Shown here: piece by piece, positions 1-8,350 of the stretch
Position numbering within the stretch: position 1 is the stretch's first letter
Layout of the letters: the number at the start of each line of letters is the position of its first letter
DNA from: a virus
Direction: 5' to 3' (one strand)
IMG/VR virus record: IMGVR_UViG_3300030616_000506
Span: 1-64,000 of that record
DNA: 64,000 nt
Notes under the pieces: model-generated
What the model saw: only the letters and a program-made list of their open reading frames with translations
What the model was told of the DNA's origin: nothing
Database searches by the model: none
Made by a program: the position numbers and the translations under genes

Positions 1-174
1 TTATGAAAAGTTATGCTCGTGTATATTATTATGGAGAGGAAATAAAATATTTAAACCTTTCTACGATAAGTATAAATAAGATGAATTCGTTAATTACGGA
101 GAGCCAATAGCTAAGGCGGGAATGATGGTGGGAAACATTTTACTTATTCTATTCTATATTAATTAGATGATATA

Positions 175-732
175 ATGACTAAAGTTAATAAGATCGTAAA
201 AAATAAGATTGAATCCTTTGTAGATCCACTTTTAGATAATGGTTATAGTGTCTACACTATTTCAGATATGATTAAAGATAATTACTCTGATAATCCAGAT
301 TTAAAGAATGGATCTCATATGATGGTCCAACGATATAAGGAGCATAGAGATAAGAGTAAACTAATAGAGGTGGATCAATCTGGGGAGGATATGGTAGAAT
401 TCGTCAAACAAGAATATAGAGACACAGTCTCTTCCATTAGGAAGGAAATAAATAAATGGAAGAAGAGAAATGATGAATTATATAAAAAGGCTGAAACTGA
501 TGGTAGTATCTCGGATGTAGCTAAGGTTATAAAACAAGCTAATGATACTCTAATGAATGAACTAAAGGTCTCAGAGTCTAAACTGGACAGACTCGGTAGA
601 CAGATAAAGAGTATTGGAGACATAAACCAAAAGAAGGTCCAGAATTTAAATATTATAATGATAGGTTTGGCTAATAAGTTGTGTCCTGAATGCAAAAAAC
701 GAATTCTTGAAGAGTTAAGTAAACTAACATAA
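175..732 (+). CDS. Probable terminase small subunit (helical/coiled-coil, C-terminal CPEC)
   Basis: 185-aa ORF upstream of TerL with a charged helical composition. The call is positional only. Confidence 0.45.
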   Translation: MTKVNKIVKNKIESFVDPLLDNGYSVYTISDMIKDNYSDNPDLKNGSHMMVQRYKEHRDKSKLIEVDQSGEDMVEFVKQEYRDTVSSIRKEINKWKKRNDELYKKAETDGSISDVAKVIKQANDTLMNELKVSESKLDRLGRQIKSIGDINQKKVQNLNIIMIGLANKLCPECKKRILEELSKLT

Positions 733-756
733 TGTTGAAACAAATTAGGAGGAAAT

Positions 757-1020
757 ATGATAAAACCCAAGAGTTACGTAGAAGTATCATCTTATGATAA
801 ATGGAAAACCGTAAAGAAATTCTTAACTGGTTTATTATTGGGTATAGCACCAACAGCTTTGTTATACACCATAAACTTTCTTGAACAAGAAGAATTTCCT
901 GAGGAGTATGCAGTTTATATTCCTTTAGCAGTAGCGATACTACATGCAGCAATGAATTTAGTTAAACACTATAATGATACTATACTGGTAGATCCAACAG
1001 ATGGAGAACCAGTTTGTTAG
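757..1020 (+). CDS. Small two-TM membrane protein (holin-like)
   Basis: Two hydrophobic segments (FLTGLLLGIAPTALLYTI; YAVYIPLAVAILHAAM). AGGAGG SD upstream. Confidence 0.5.
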   Translation: MIKPKSYVEVSSYDKWKTVKKFLTGLLLGIAPTALLYTINFLEQEEFPEEYAVYIPLAVAILHAAMNLVKHYNDTILVDPTDGEPVC

Positions 1021-1229
1021 ACTTATGAAGAATCTAAAATGTCCGTTGAAATACGAACGTGAACTCGTTGAATCCTATGATAACATAAACCATGCCCATG
1101 GTTCTTTGACACGGGCGTATCCGCTGAATCCTATATTAATCGTAGATCAATAATCTGAACCAAATGGTATGTAAACATTAAAGGGAAATGTTATGTTATT
1201 ATATGATAAATATGAGGAAAAAGGATAAT

Positions 1230-1346
1230 ATGGATATAGACAAATGGCTAGCAGATGCAGCTAAATGGATTTTACCATTTTTCGGTTTTCTGTTTATAGC
1301 AAAAACAATCTTTGGTCTATCATTCAGCTTAGGATTTGCTTTCTAA
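1230..1346 (+). CDS. 38-aa hydrophobic membrane peptide (not in ORF track)
   Basis: Translates as MDIDKWLADAAKWILPFFGFLFIAKTIFGLSFSLGFAF*, with a purine-rich GAGGAAAAAGGA upstream. Confidence 0.5.
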   Translation: MDIDKWLADAAKWILPFFGFLFIAKTIFGLSFSLGFAF

Positions 1347-1415
1347 GGTCTGATTTATAGACTTTAAGGGAGAAACTTTTAATATGTATTATGTTTTTTA
1401 TTTTCACTTAAACTT

Positions 1416-3821
1416 ATGACTCAAAAAGAATTTGATGCACTGAAATACTCTATAGATCCTATAGCCTTTATGAAGGAAATATTAGGACTAAAGTGTGAGT
1501 GGTTTCATCAAGAGTGGTTAAAGTTATTTGAAGACAATAACTTTATTTCCTTATTAGCTCCAAGAGGACATGGTAAGGAAGAAGATATAAATACACCTAT
1601 ATTAACTCCAAATGGTTGGAAGAAAATGGGAGACCTTCTTATAGGAGATTATGTTATAGGCTCTGATGGCAAACCAACTAAAGTAATAGGAGTTTACCCT
1701 CAGGGAGTTAAAGAAGTATATAAAGTAGAAACGTCTGATGGTAGAAGTACAAGATGTGGGAAAGAACATCTATGGACAGTACAAACTCCTAGTAATACCA
1801 AAGATAAATTTATAACTAAAACTACATTAGAATTATCTAAGAATTATAAATCAAAAAGATTTGATAAACGTAATGGTAAACATTACATAGAATATAGACA
1901 CTTTATACCTACTGTATCTCCAATTGAATTTGAAGAGAAAAAATTATTGATAGAACCTTATACTCTAGGTGCTTGGTTAGGTGATGGAGACTCTAATGGT
2001 AATGGATTTACTACTGCAGATGAAGAAATATTAAGATATTTAAATTATGAGATTACTTCACGGAAGAGAAAATATCGTTATGGTCTTATAGGATTAAAAA
2101 CTCACTTAAAAGAATTAGGATTAATAAACAATAAGAGTATTCCAGAAGAATATTTATTTGCAAGTAAAGAGCAAAGGATTGCTTTGCTACAAGGATTGAT
2201 GGATACTGATGGTAATAATCAAACTGATGGTCATGTATTTGAATTTAATAATTCAAATTATGAATTGATAAATGGTGTTCTCGCTTTAATAAGAAGTCTG
2301 GGAGGCACAGGTAAACTTTCAGAAAGATACACATCTTATTCAGGATCAAATAATAAATTTAAGAGTTATAGAATTACTGGAAAAGTTCCGAAAAGTATAA
2401 TACCTTTTAGATTAAAAAGGAAAATAGAACAATGGAAAGGAAGTTTAAAAACTCGCTCTTCAATCATTAATATATCCAAAGATGGATATGCTGAATGTCA
2501 GTGTATACAAGTAGAAAATGAAGATGGTTTATATATAACAAAAGATTATCTTCTTACACATAACACTGTATTAGTAAGCTCTTATCTTACATGGAAAATT
2601 GTACAGGACCCCGATATTAGGATATTAACGGTCACCATTAATCAAGATAAAGCTAATGAAATGATGTCTCTATTGCAATCAGCTTTAGAGAGAAATGAAA
2701 GATTAATAGAAATATTTGGCCAACAGAAGGGATATTCTGATTGGTCTAGATCTACCCTAAGAGTTATGAGAGCTGGTAGATCAGGTAAAGCTCATAAAGA
2801 ACCCACCTTCACTGTAGTAGGTGTAACGGCATCTATGGTTGGTGGGCATTACGATATAATAATATTAGATGATATAACTGATCAAAACAATTCAAGAACT
2901 GAACATAGAAGAAGAGATTTAGTTGATTGGTATAATTCAACATTGACTCCTATGTTAGAACCTGAGGGAAAGATAATCTCTATAGGAACTAGATGGCATG
3001 AATCAGATATACATACCTACTTACAAAAATTACCAAACTTTGAATCAAAAATATATAAAGCTATATTGGATGATGAAAACAAGGAAGTCTTATGGCCAGA
3101 ACAGTGGACATACGACAAACTAATGGAAAGAAAATATGGAATGGGATCTCTTAGTTTTCAGATGCAATATCAAAATGAAATAATATCTCATGAAGATTCT
3201 CCTATAAAGAGAGAATGGGTTGAAAACTCTATAAATAAATATAAGATGATACCTCAACCCTTTGAAACATTCATGGGAGTAGATCTCTCATCTAAGGGTG
3301 AAGAGACAGATTACTTCACCATAACTATAATAGGAATCCATGAAGGTATGATATATATACTTGATGGACTAAGAACCAAGGCATCCTTATTTAAACAATT
3401 TGAGTTAATAAAATCTTATGACTCAAAGTGGCAACCCTCTAAGATAGGAATTGAACAAGCTGCACAACAGAAAATGATAGTAGATCAACTAGTAGAATCT
3501 ACCACTCTACCAATAATTCCTATAAAGTCATCTATCGTTAGCGATAGAATGTCTAGGGTTCAACGATTATCAGTTTTATTTGAAACAGGAAGAGTTTATT
3601 TAAATCCAAACCTAGAGGATTGGGCTAACGAGATGATATATTTTCCAAGAGGATCTCATGATGATACCATAGATTCTCTCTCATTTGCAATTCAAGCTTC
3701 ACAGTCTGATGAAGAAGAACATAAAATTGATTGGACTCAAGTTAAAGAAATGATAGTAACTAGAAAGGATGTGGGTACAAAACCCATTGTTAAGAGAGAT
3801 TATAGGATAACAAAAATATAG
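1416..3821 (+). CDS. terL: Terminase large subunit, intein-containing
   Basis: Walker A APRGHGK/T split by an intein, Walker B IIILDD, coupling motif GTRW, RNase-H nuclease motifs MGVDLS and HDDTIDS. Confidence 0.95.
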   Translation: MTQKEFDALKYSIDPIAFMKEILGLKCEWFHQEWLKLFEDNNFISLLAPRGHGKEEDINTPILTPNGWKKMGDLLIGDYVIGSDGKPTKVIGVYPQGVKEVYKVETSDGRSTRCGKEHLWTVQTPSNTKDKFITKTTLELSKNYKSKRFDKRNGKHYIEYRHFIPTVSPIEFEEKKLLIEPYTLGAWLGDGDSNGNGFTTADEEILRYLNYEITSRKRKYRYGLIGLKTHLKELGLINNKSIPEEYLFASKEQRIALLQGLMDTDGNNQTDGHVFEFNNSNYELINGVLALIRSLGGTGKLSERYTSYSGSNNKFKSYRITGKVPKSIIPFRLKRKIEQWKGSLKTRSSIINISKDGYAECQCIQVENEDGLYITKDYLLTHNTVLVSSYLTWKIVQDPDIRILTVTINQDKANEMMSLLQSALERNERLIEIFGQQKGYSDWSRSTLRVMRAGRSGKAHKEPTFTVVGVTASMVGGHYDIIILDDITDQNNSRTEHRRRDLVDWYNSTLTPMLEPEGKIISIGTRWHESDIHTYLQKLPNFESKIYKAILDDENKEVLWPEQWTYDKLMERKYGMGSLSFQMQYQNEIISHEDSPIKREWVENSINKYKMIPQPFETFMGVDLSSKGEETDYFTITIIGIHEGMIYILDGLRTKASLFKQFELIKSYDSKWQPSKIGIEQAAQQKMIVDQLVESTTLPIIPIKSSIVSDRMSRVQRLSVLFETGRVYLNPNLEDWANEMIYFPRGSHDDTIDSLSFAIQASQSDEEEHKIDWTQVKEMIVTRKDVGTKPIVKRDYRITKI
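1578..2564 (+). mobile_element. Intein (329 aa) with LAGLIDADG homing endonuclease, class-3-like, in the TerL P-loop
   Basis: Junctions GHGK|EEDINTPILTPNGW ... LLTHN|T. Block B is CGKEHLW and block F is CQCIQV. LAGLIDADG motifs LGAWLGDG and LLQGLMDTDG. Confidence 0.92.
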
Positions 3822-3830
3822 GAGGATATC

Positions 3831-4109
3831 ATGGAAGAAATCTACATAGGTTCTAAGGATATATCTAGATATATATCAGCTTGTTTCTACTCTCTAGGAA
3901 AGGATAAAGATATAAAGATTATAGCTAGGGGAAACAATATCAAGAGAGCTATCGATATATTAGCTATTCTTGTCAGAGATTATTTAGAGAATCCCGAATA
4001 TGATATAAAGGTAGGTAGTGAACCATTTGAAAAGAGAAATGTTTCTACCTTGGAGATTATATTATCCGGAACTAAGAAGGGTAATGTAAATAATAAGAAA
4101 GAAAAATAA
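3831..4109 (+). CDS. alba: Alba DNA/RNA-binding protein
   Basis: IYIGSKD..RYI, IIARGNNIKRAID and VGSE...RNVSTLEIIL match the Alba motifs IGKKP..NYV, KARGRAISKAVD and SxIEI. Confidence 0.88.
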   Translation: MEEIYIGSKDISRYISACFYSLGKDKDIKIIARGNNIKRAIDILAILVRDYLENPEYDIKVGSEPFEKRNVSTLEIILSGTKKGNVNNKKEK

Positions 4110-4126
4110 AAAAAGAGGATTAATAT

Positions 4127-5416
4127 ATGGGAATATTAGGAAGTATTAGGGATAAATTCCCTCTTACTTTAAAAAAGAAAAAGAAATCAATATTTTTGGA
4201 TAGTAAGGGTAGATACAAAACCATTATAGCTACCGGTAAGACTTCTGGTGGTGGAGGTGTATCTGCAGCTCCAGAGAGGTCTGAAAAGGCTCTAAAGAAT
4301 TATAAAACATATTATGATGGAGAAAATACTGTCTTTGCTGCTATAAATACTACTGCTTGGAATGCTATAATGGTTGGATACAACCTAGTATCAGATGATA
4401 GTAAAGCTAGATTGTTCATCCAGAGGTATTTAGATGCACTAGATTTAGATGCAGTATTATTGGATAATGTTGTATATACCTTAATTTATGGAGACTCCTT
4501 TATAGAAATAGTAAGAAATTCTTCAGAAGATATTACTGATTTGAAGACCGTAGATCCAATAACTATGGTTGTTAATTATGATAAATTTGGAATGGTTACT
4601 GGTTACCAACAAAAGATTCAGGGGCAATTACAAAAAACTATTCTAAAACCAGGAGATATAATGCACTTAAAGTTCTTTTCCAATCCCAGTAACCCTTATG
4701 GTATGTCCATAATACAGCCATCCATGGATACTATTGATAGAAAAATACAAACTGATGATGCTTTAGCTAACGCTATTCTAAGACATGGAACAAGTAAATA
4801 TCTAGTAAAGGTAGGAACAGAAGAAGATATACCTGACTCAGAGGTATTTACGGATATTAAGAATGAATTGGAGGATATAACATCTACTAATGAATTTATT
4901 GTACCAGCATTAATAGATATAACTACAATAGATGAAAAGGGAGTTCAGGGAGTAGAGGAGTATTCCTCGTTATTTCAGACTCAATTAGTTATAGGAATGT
5001 TATGTCCAGAGGAAGCTTTGGGTTTAGGAAAAGGATCTACTGAAGCCACTGCTACCGTCAAACAAATAATGTATGAGAGATTTATAAGATCTATTCAATT
5101 TAAATTATCAACTCAAATAAAAAATGAAATAATAAATCCTATATTGGAAAAAAATGGATTTAAGAAAAATATAGTAAAGTTAAGGTTTAATTCAGTAACA
5201 GATTCTGATGAGGCTGTAAAATCTAAATGGTTAGGTAATCTTCTCAGAGGATATCCTCAAGGAAAACATCCCTTTACTATTAATGAAGTAAGATCAATGT
5301 TTGGCTACCCTCCAATAAAGGGTGGTGATGTTTTATCCCATACTACTCCAGAAGAAGGAGATGAAAAACCGGAGGAAGAAGAAATTGAGGAACCAAAACC
5401 AGAAGAAGAAGAATGA
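4127..5416 (+). CDS. Portal protein
   Basis: Follows TerL. Motifs LIYGDSFIE, IMHLK...PYGMS and FTINEVRSMFGYPPIKGGD; acidic tail. Confidence 0.9.
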   Translation: MGILGSIRDKFPLTLKKKKKSIFLDSKGRYKTIIATGKTSGGGGVSAAPERSEKALKNYKTYYDGENTVFAAINTTAWNAIMVGYNLVSDDSKARLFIQRYLDALDLDAVLLDNVVYTLIYGDSFIEIVRNSSEDITDLKTVDPITMVVNYDKFGMVTGYQQKIQGQLQKTILKPGDIMHLKFFSNPSNPYGMSIIQPSMDTIDRKIQTDDALANAILRHGTSKYLVKVGTEEDIPDSEVFTDIKNELEDITSTNEFIVPALIDITTIDEKGVQGVEEYSSLFQTQLVIGMLCPEEALGLGKGSTEATATVKQIMYERFIRSIQFKLSTQIKNEIINPILEKNGFKKNIVKLRFNSVTDSDEAVKSKWLGNLLRGYPQGKHPFTINEVRSMFGYPPIKGGDVLSHTTPEEGDEKPEEEEIEEPKPEEEE

Positions 5417-5435
5417 AAGAACATTACACTTTCCA

Positions 5436-5900
5436 ATGATTCCCTTTAAATACAATGATAAAATATTATCTAAATCCACTGATGCACGAATATATCAAGA
5501 TGCTATATTGTTAACTCCTGGAGAATTTACGGACTCTTTAAGTAGAAGTCCTGTTGTATATACGGAAGAGGCTATACAAAAATCAGCTGGAAAATGGTCT
5601 GAAAATTATTTAAACTTAGATCATTCATATGAAACTCTAAATAGATTAGGATTTATAAAAAATACCTATTACAAGGATGGAGCAGTTAGAGGAGATCTTT
5701 ATATATTTCCTATAACAAATAATGCTAAGGATACAATAGCTATGATAGATAACAATTTAGTAAATTGGTTATCAGTTGAATTAACTACGGAAGATTATTG
5801 GAATACAGAGGATAACAAAAGATATGCTGACAATATAGATTATATTGGAGCCGCTATAGTCTTACATCCAGCCGATCCAGATACTAGAATTAAAACATGA
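5436..5900 (+). CDS. Prohead protease-like protein 1 (DUF2213/Mu gpI-like fold); start uncertain
   Basis: LLTPGEFTD, LNLDH, WLSVE and AAIVLHPA pattern of herpes/HK97-fold maturation proteases. Confidence 0.6.
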   Translation: MIPFKYNDKILSKSTDARIYQDAILLTPGEFTDSLSRSPVVYTEEAIQKSAGKWSENYLNLDHSYETLNRLGFIKNTYYKDGAVRGDLYIFPITNNAKDTIAMIDNNLVNWLSVELTTEDYWNTEDNKRYADNIDYIGAAIVLHPADPDTRIKT

Positions 5901-6424
5901 TATATATATGCAAATGGTGTGGCAAGGAATTTGAGCAACCAAGTTATAGGAGAGTATATAAGAATAAATTTTGCTCTCTATCATGTTCAGTATCTTACAA
6001 GAATTCTAAGAATATTAAAGGAAAATTTATTCCATGCTCATATTGTAGTAAATTAGTTTGGGTAACTCCTAATAGAGAGAAAAAAATGGAGCATATATTC
6101 TGTAACAAAGAGCACGAAATGAAATGGAGAACTAAAGAAAACCATCCCAGATATCATGGTGGATATGACAGTAATTATGGAAGAGGTTGGAAAAGACAAA
6201 GAGATTTAGTTTTAGAAAGAGATAAGACTTGTAGGAATTGTGGAACTAATAAGAAATTGGAAGCTCATCATATAATACCTTTTCAATTATCAAAAGATAA
6301 TTCAATATCTAATCTAATAATTCTCTGTAAATCATGTCACTCAAGTATAGGAAATACTTACTGGAAATTAGAAAATCGTCCTAAATACTTTGAGAAAATA
6401 AATTCTATGAGGTTAAGATCATGA
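5897..6424 (+). CDS. HNH endonuclease with N-terminal Zn-binding repeats
   Basis: RDKTCRNCG...LEAHHIIP...NLIILCKSCH, plus CKWC/FCSLSC repeats. Confidence 0.88.
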   Translation: MIYICKWCGKEFEQPSYRRVYKNKFCSLSCSVSYKNSKNIKGKFIPCSYCSKLVWVTPNREKKMEHIFCNKEHEMKWRTKENHPRYHGGYDSNYGRGWKRQRDLVLERDKTCRNCGTNKKLEAHHIIPFQLSKDNSISNLIILCKSCHSSIGNTYWKLENRPKYFEKINSMRLRS

Positions 6425-6573
6425 ATAAAGCTATAATTTGTTCTTTTATAAATAGATGTAAAAATTATCCAAAAAAATGCCAAGATTGTAAATGGAACTC
6501 AAATAATGAATTAGGAGATTTTCTATTATTAGAGACTGAAGATGGTAAGACAATTAGATATCTGGTGAACTAA
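6421..6573 (+). CDS. 50-aa Cys-rich protein (not in ORF track)
   Basis: MNKAIICSFINRCKNYPKKCQDCKWN...; ATGA overlap with the HNH stop. Confidence 0.55.
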   Translation: MNKAIICSFINRCKNYPKKCQDCKWNSNNELGDFLLLETEDGKTIRYLVN

Positions 6574-6575
6574 TT

Positions 6576-6893
6576 TTGATAGAAGATCCCATAAGAGTAA
6601 AGAATTGTCCCCTATGTAGAATATTTACCCATAAAGAAGTTGTAACAAAATTATATTGGCCCAATACTATAGAGGAGGTTCCAGACTCAGAATTTGTGAT
6701 AGTTGATTGTAAGAGTTGTAATATACCAATGGTAGTTCTAGGAGAACACGTTACATCCCTAAATAAAGAGTGTTGGGGAAGAATATTATATCGTACTAAA
6801 AATATATTTGGTAAAAATATAATATTAAGAACTAAAACTAGAACAATAAGAGATCATTGGCATGCACATATACAAAATATAAATAAATATTAA
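6576..6893 (+). CDS. HIT-like protein
   Basis: N-terminal CPLC and C-terminal HWHAH histidine triad. TTG start. Confidence 0.5.
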   Translation: MIEDPIRVKNCPLCRIFTHKEVVTKLYWPNTIEEVPDSEFVIVDCKSCNIPMVVLGEHVTSLNKECWGRILYRTKNIFGKNIILRTKTRTIRDHWHAHIQNINKY

Positions 6894-6992
6894 ATATATG
6901 AAATTTGATAGTAAGGTTATGTATAAATTAGGTTGGTTATCTCTAACAATAATAGCAATAGCCTATATAATAGATTATTTCTGGATATAATT

Positions 6993-7451
6993 ATGCCAAC
7001 TCGTTGCGGCCTTAAGGACTCCAAGGGATATTTCTGCAGATGGGGATCTCATGGAAAGAAGTATTACTATAAAAAGGGAGATAAAGCATCCATGGAGAGA
7101 GCAAGAAAGAAAGCAGATAAACAGGGTGCTGCTGCACATGCATCTGGATATCAAGGATCCATAGAAAAGGCATCAGATATCCAATCCGTAAGATTTGATA
7201 AGAAGAAATTTAATAGAAACCAAGCTATATCCTGGGCTAAGTCTCATGATTTTAAATATAATGATGTAGAGGAAACTCCCAACCAGTGGAGATTAAGACA
7301 ATTCGATCCAAAAAAGTGTATAAGATCTGGAGGTATGAAGGAATTAGCTCCAGGTGTTATGGCCTATATTTGTCCAACATCATCTAAAGCAAAGAGTATC
7401 TTGGAATCATTAAAGTCTGAAATAAAAATTATCAAGGAAACCTGTAAATAA
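6993..7451 (+). CDS. Head-module protein of unknown function
   Basis: Likely start MPTRCG at 6993. Two parts: RWGSHGKKY..QG and IQSVRFDKKKF..RLRQFDP. Confidence 0.6.
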   Translation: MPTRCGLKDSKGYFCRWGSHGKKYYYKKGDKASMERARKKADKQGAAAHASGYQGSIEKASDIQSVRFDKKKFNRNQAISWAKSHDFKYNDVEETPNQWRLRQFDPKKCIRSGGMKELAPGVMAYICPTSSKAKSILESLKSEIKIIKETCK

Positions 7452-7481
7452 ATGTAAATAAAATATGGAGAGAGAAATATT

Positions 7482-7670
7482 ATGAGTTTATTGGGAGCTT
7501 ATAGAGCATCCGGAATATCTTCATCAGATACATTCTCTAACACAGTTATTAATATGACTGGATTCAAGCCTTCTGGTATAGGGGGAAACGCGATGGCAAC
7601 ATGTCTTTATGTATGGTCAGGCACTACTTCAACGGGAGATTGGGTTCCTCTAAGAAGGGAGTGGCTATAA
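7482..7670 (+). CDS. Small Ser/Gly-rich protein, possibly a virion component
   Basis: 62-aa ORF with a GGAGAG SD. Confidence 0.5.
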   Translation: MSLLGAYRASGISSSDTFSNTVINMTGFKPSGIGGNAMATCLYVWSGTTSTGDWVPLRREWL

Positions 7671-7683
7671 ATATTAAATTGAT

Positions 7684-8112
7684 ATGACAAATTTAACACC
7701 CTTAAGAAGACTAACAAAACAACTAGCAGAAGAGATAGAATATGATGAACATGGTAGAGTATGGAAGTTCATAACTCTTATCCTAGAAAGTATACAATCT
7801 CCAGCTGCAATAATAGATAAGAATCATACCTTACTATATGTAAATAAAGAGACATTTAGTAGATTCAAGAAAGTAGGATTTGATGGGAAAAAATATCTAG
7901 GCAAATCAATAGAAGGATCTGAATTCTGTAAACCTCTAGGAATGGAATGCGATAAATGCCCAGTTAAATTGGCTATGGATAGTAAGGAGGTTCATACAAT
8001 AGATTATAAGAGTTTTGTTACTGGGGTTGATTATAGAATGATATGTATTCCCTTAGTCTTTGATGGAGTCTCAGGAGTACTTGCAATATTGAGTGATAAA
8101 AATGGCAACTAA
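7684..8112 (+). CDS. Standalone PAS-domain protein
   Basis: ILESIQSPAAIIDKNHTLLYVN...C..CPV...YRMICIPL...GVLAIL is a typical PAS pattern. Confidence 0.75.
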   Translation: MTNLTPLRRLTKQLAEEIEYDEHGRVWKFITLILESIQSPAAIIDKNHTLLYVNKETFSRFKKVGFDGKKYLGKSIEGSEFCKPLGMECDKCPVKLAMDSKEVHTIDYKSFVTGVDYRMICIPLVFDGVSGVLAILSDKNGN

Positions 8113-8350
8113 TGAATTTGATAAATGGGATTTGAAGCAAGCTGAGTGGAGGGGTTATGCCCTTAGAGCTCTTGAAGATATGAACGTTGAGATAAAGGAT
8201 TTAAGAAAGTCCATAAAGAGAATGGAAGATAAAATAGATAATGTTAGTAGTAAGTTGACAAATACTCAAATAAAACTAGCTAGTCTTGCGGGAGTAGTAT
8301 CTTTATTAGTAACCATTGTAACATCCGTTATAATACAGGTAGTAACATGA
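8102..8350 (+). CDS. Coiled-coil protein with C-terminal TM helix
   Basis: Heptad pattern followed by LASLAGVVSLLVTIVTSVIIQVV. Confidence 0.6.
   Translation: MATNEFDKWDLKQAEWRGYALRALEDMNVEIKDLRKSIKRMEDKIDNVSSKLTNTQIKLASLAGVVSLLVTIVTSVIIQVVT

Noticed and set aside
375-952. Minus-strand ORFs 375..770 and 671..952
   Set aside because: Antisense shadows of + strand genes with no motifs.
5322-5435. N-terminal extension of ORF 5322..5900
   Set aside because: Overlaps the Glu-rich portal tail in another frame and gives a Lys-rich artefact; the true start is probably near 5413-5436.
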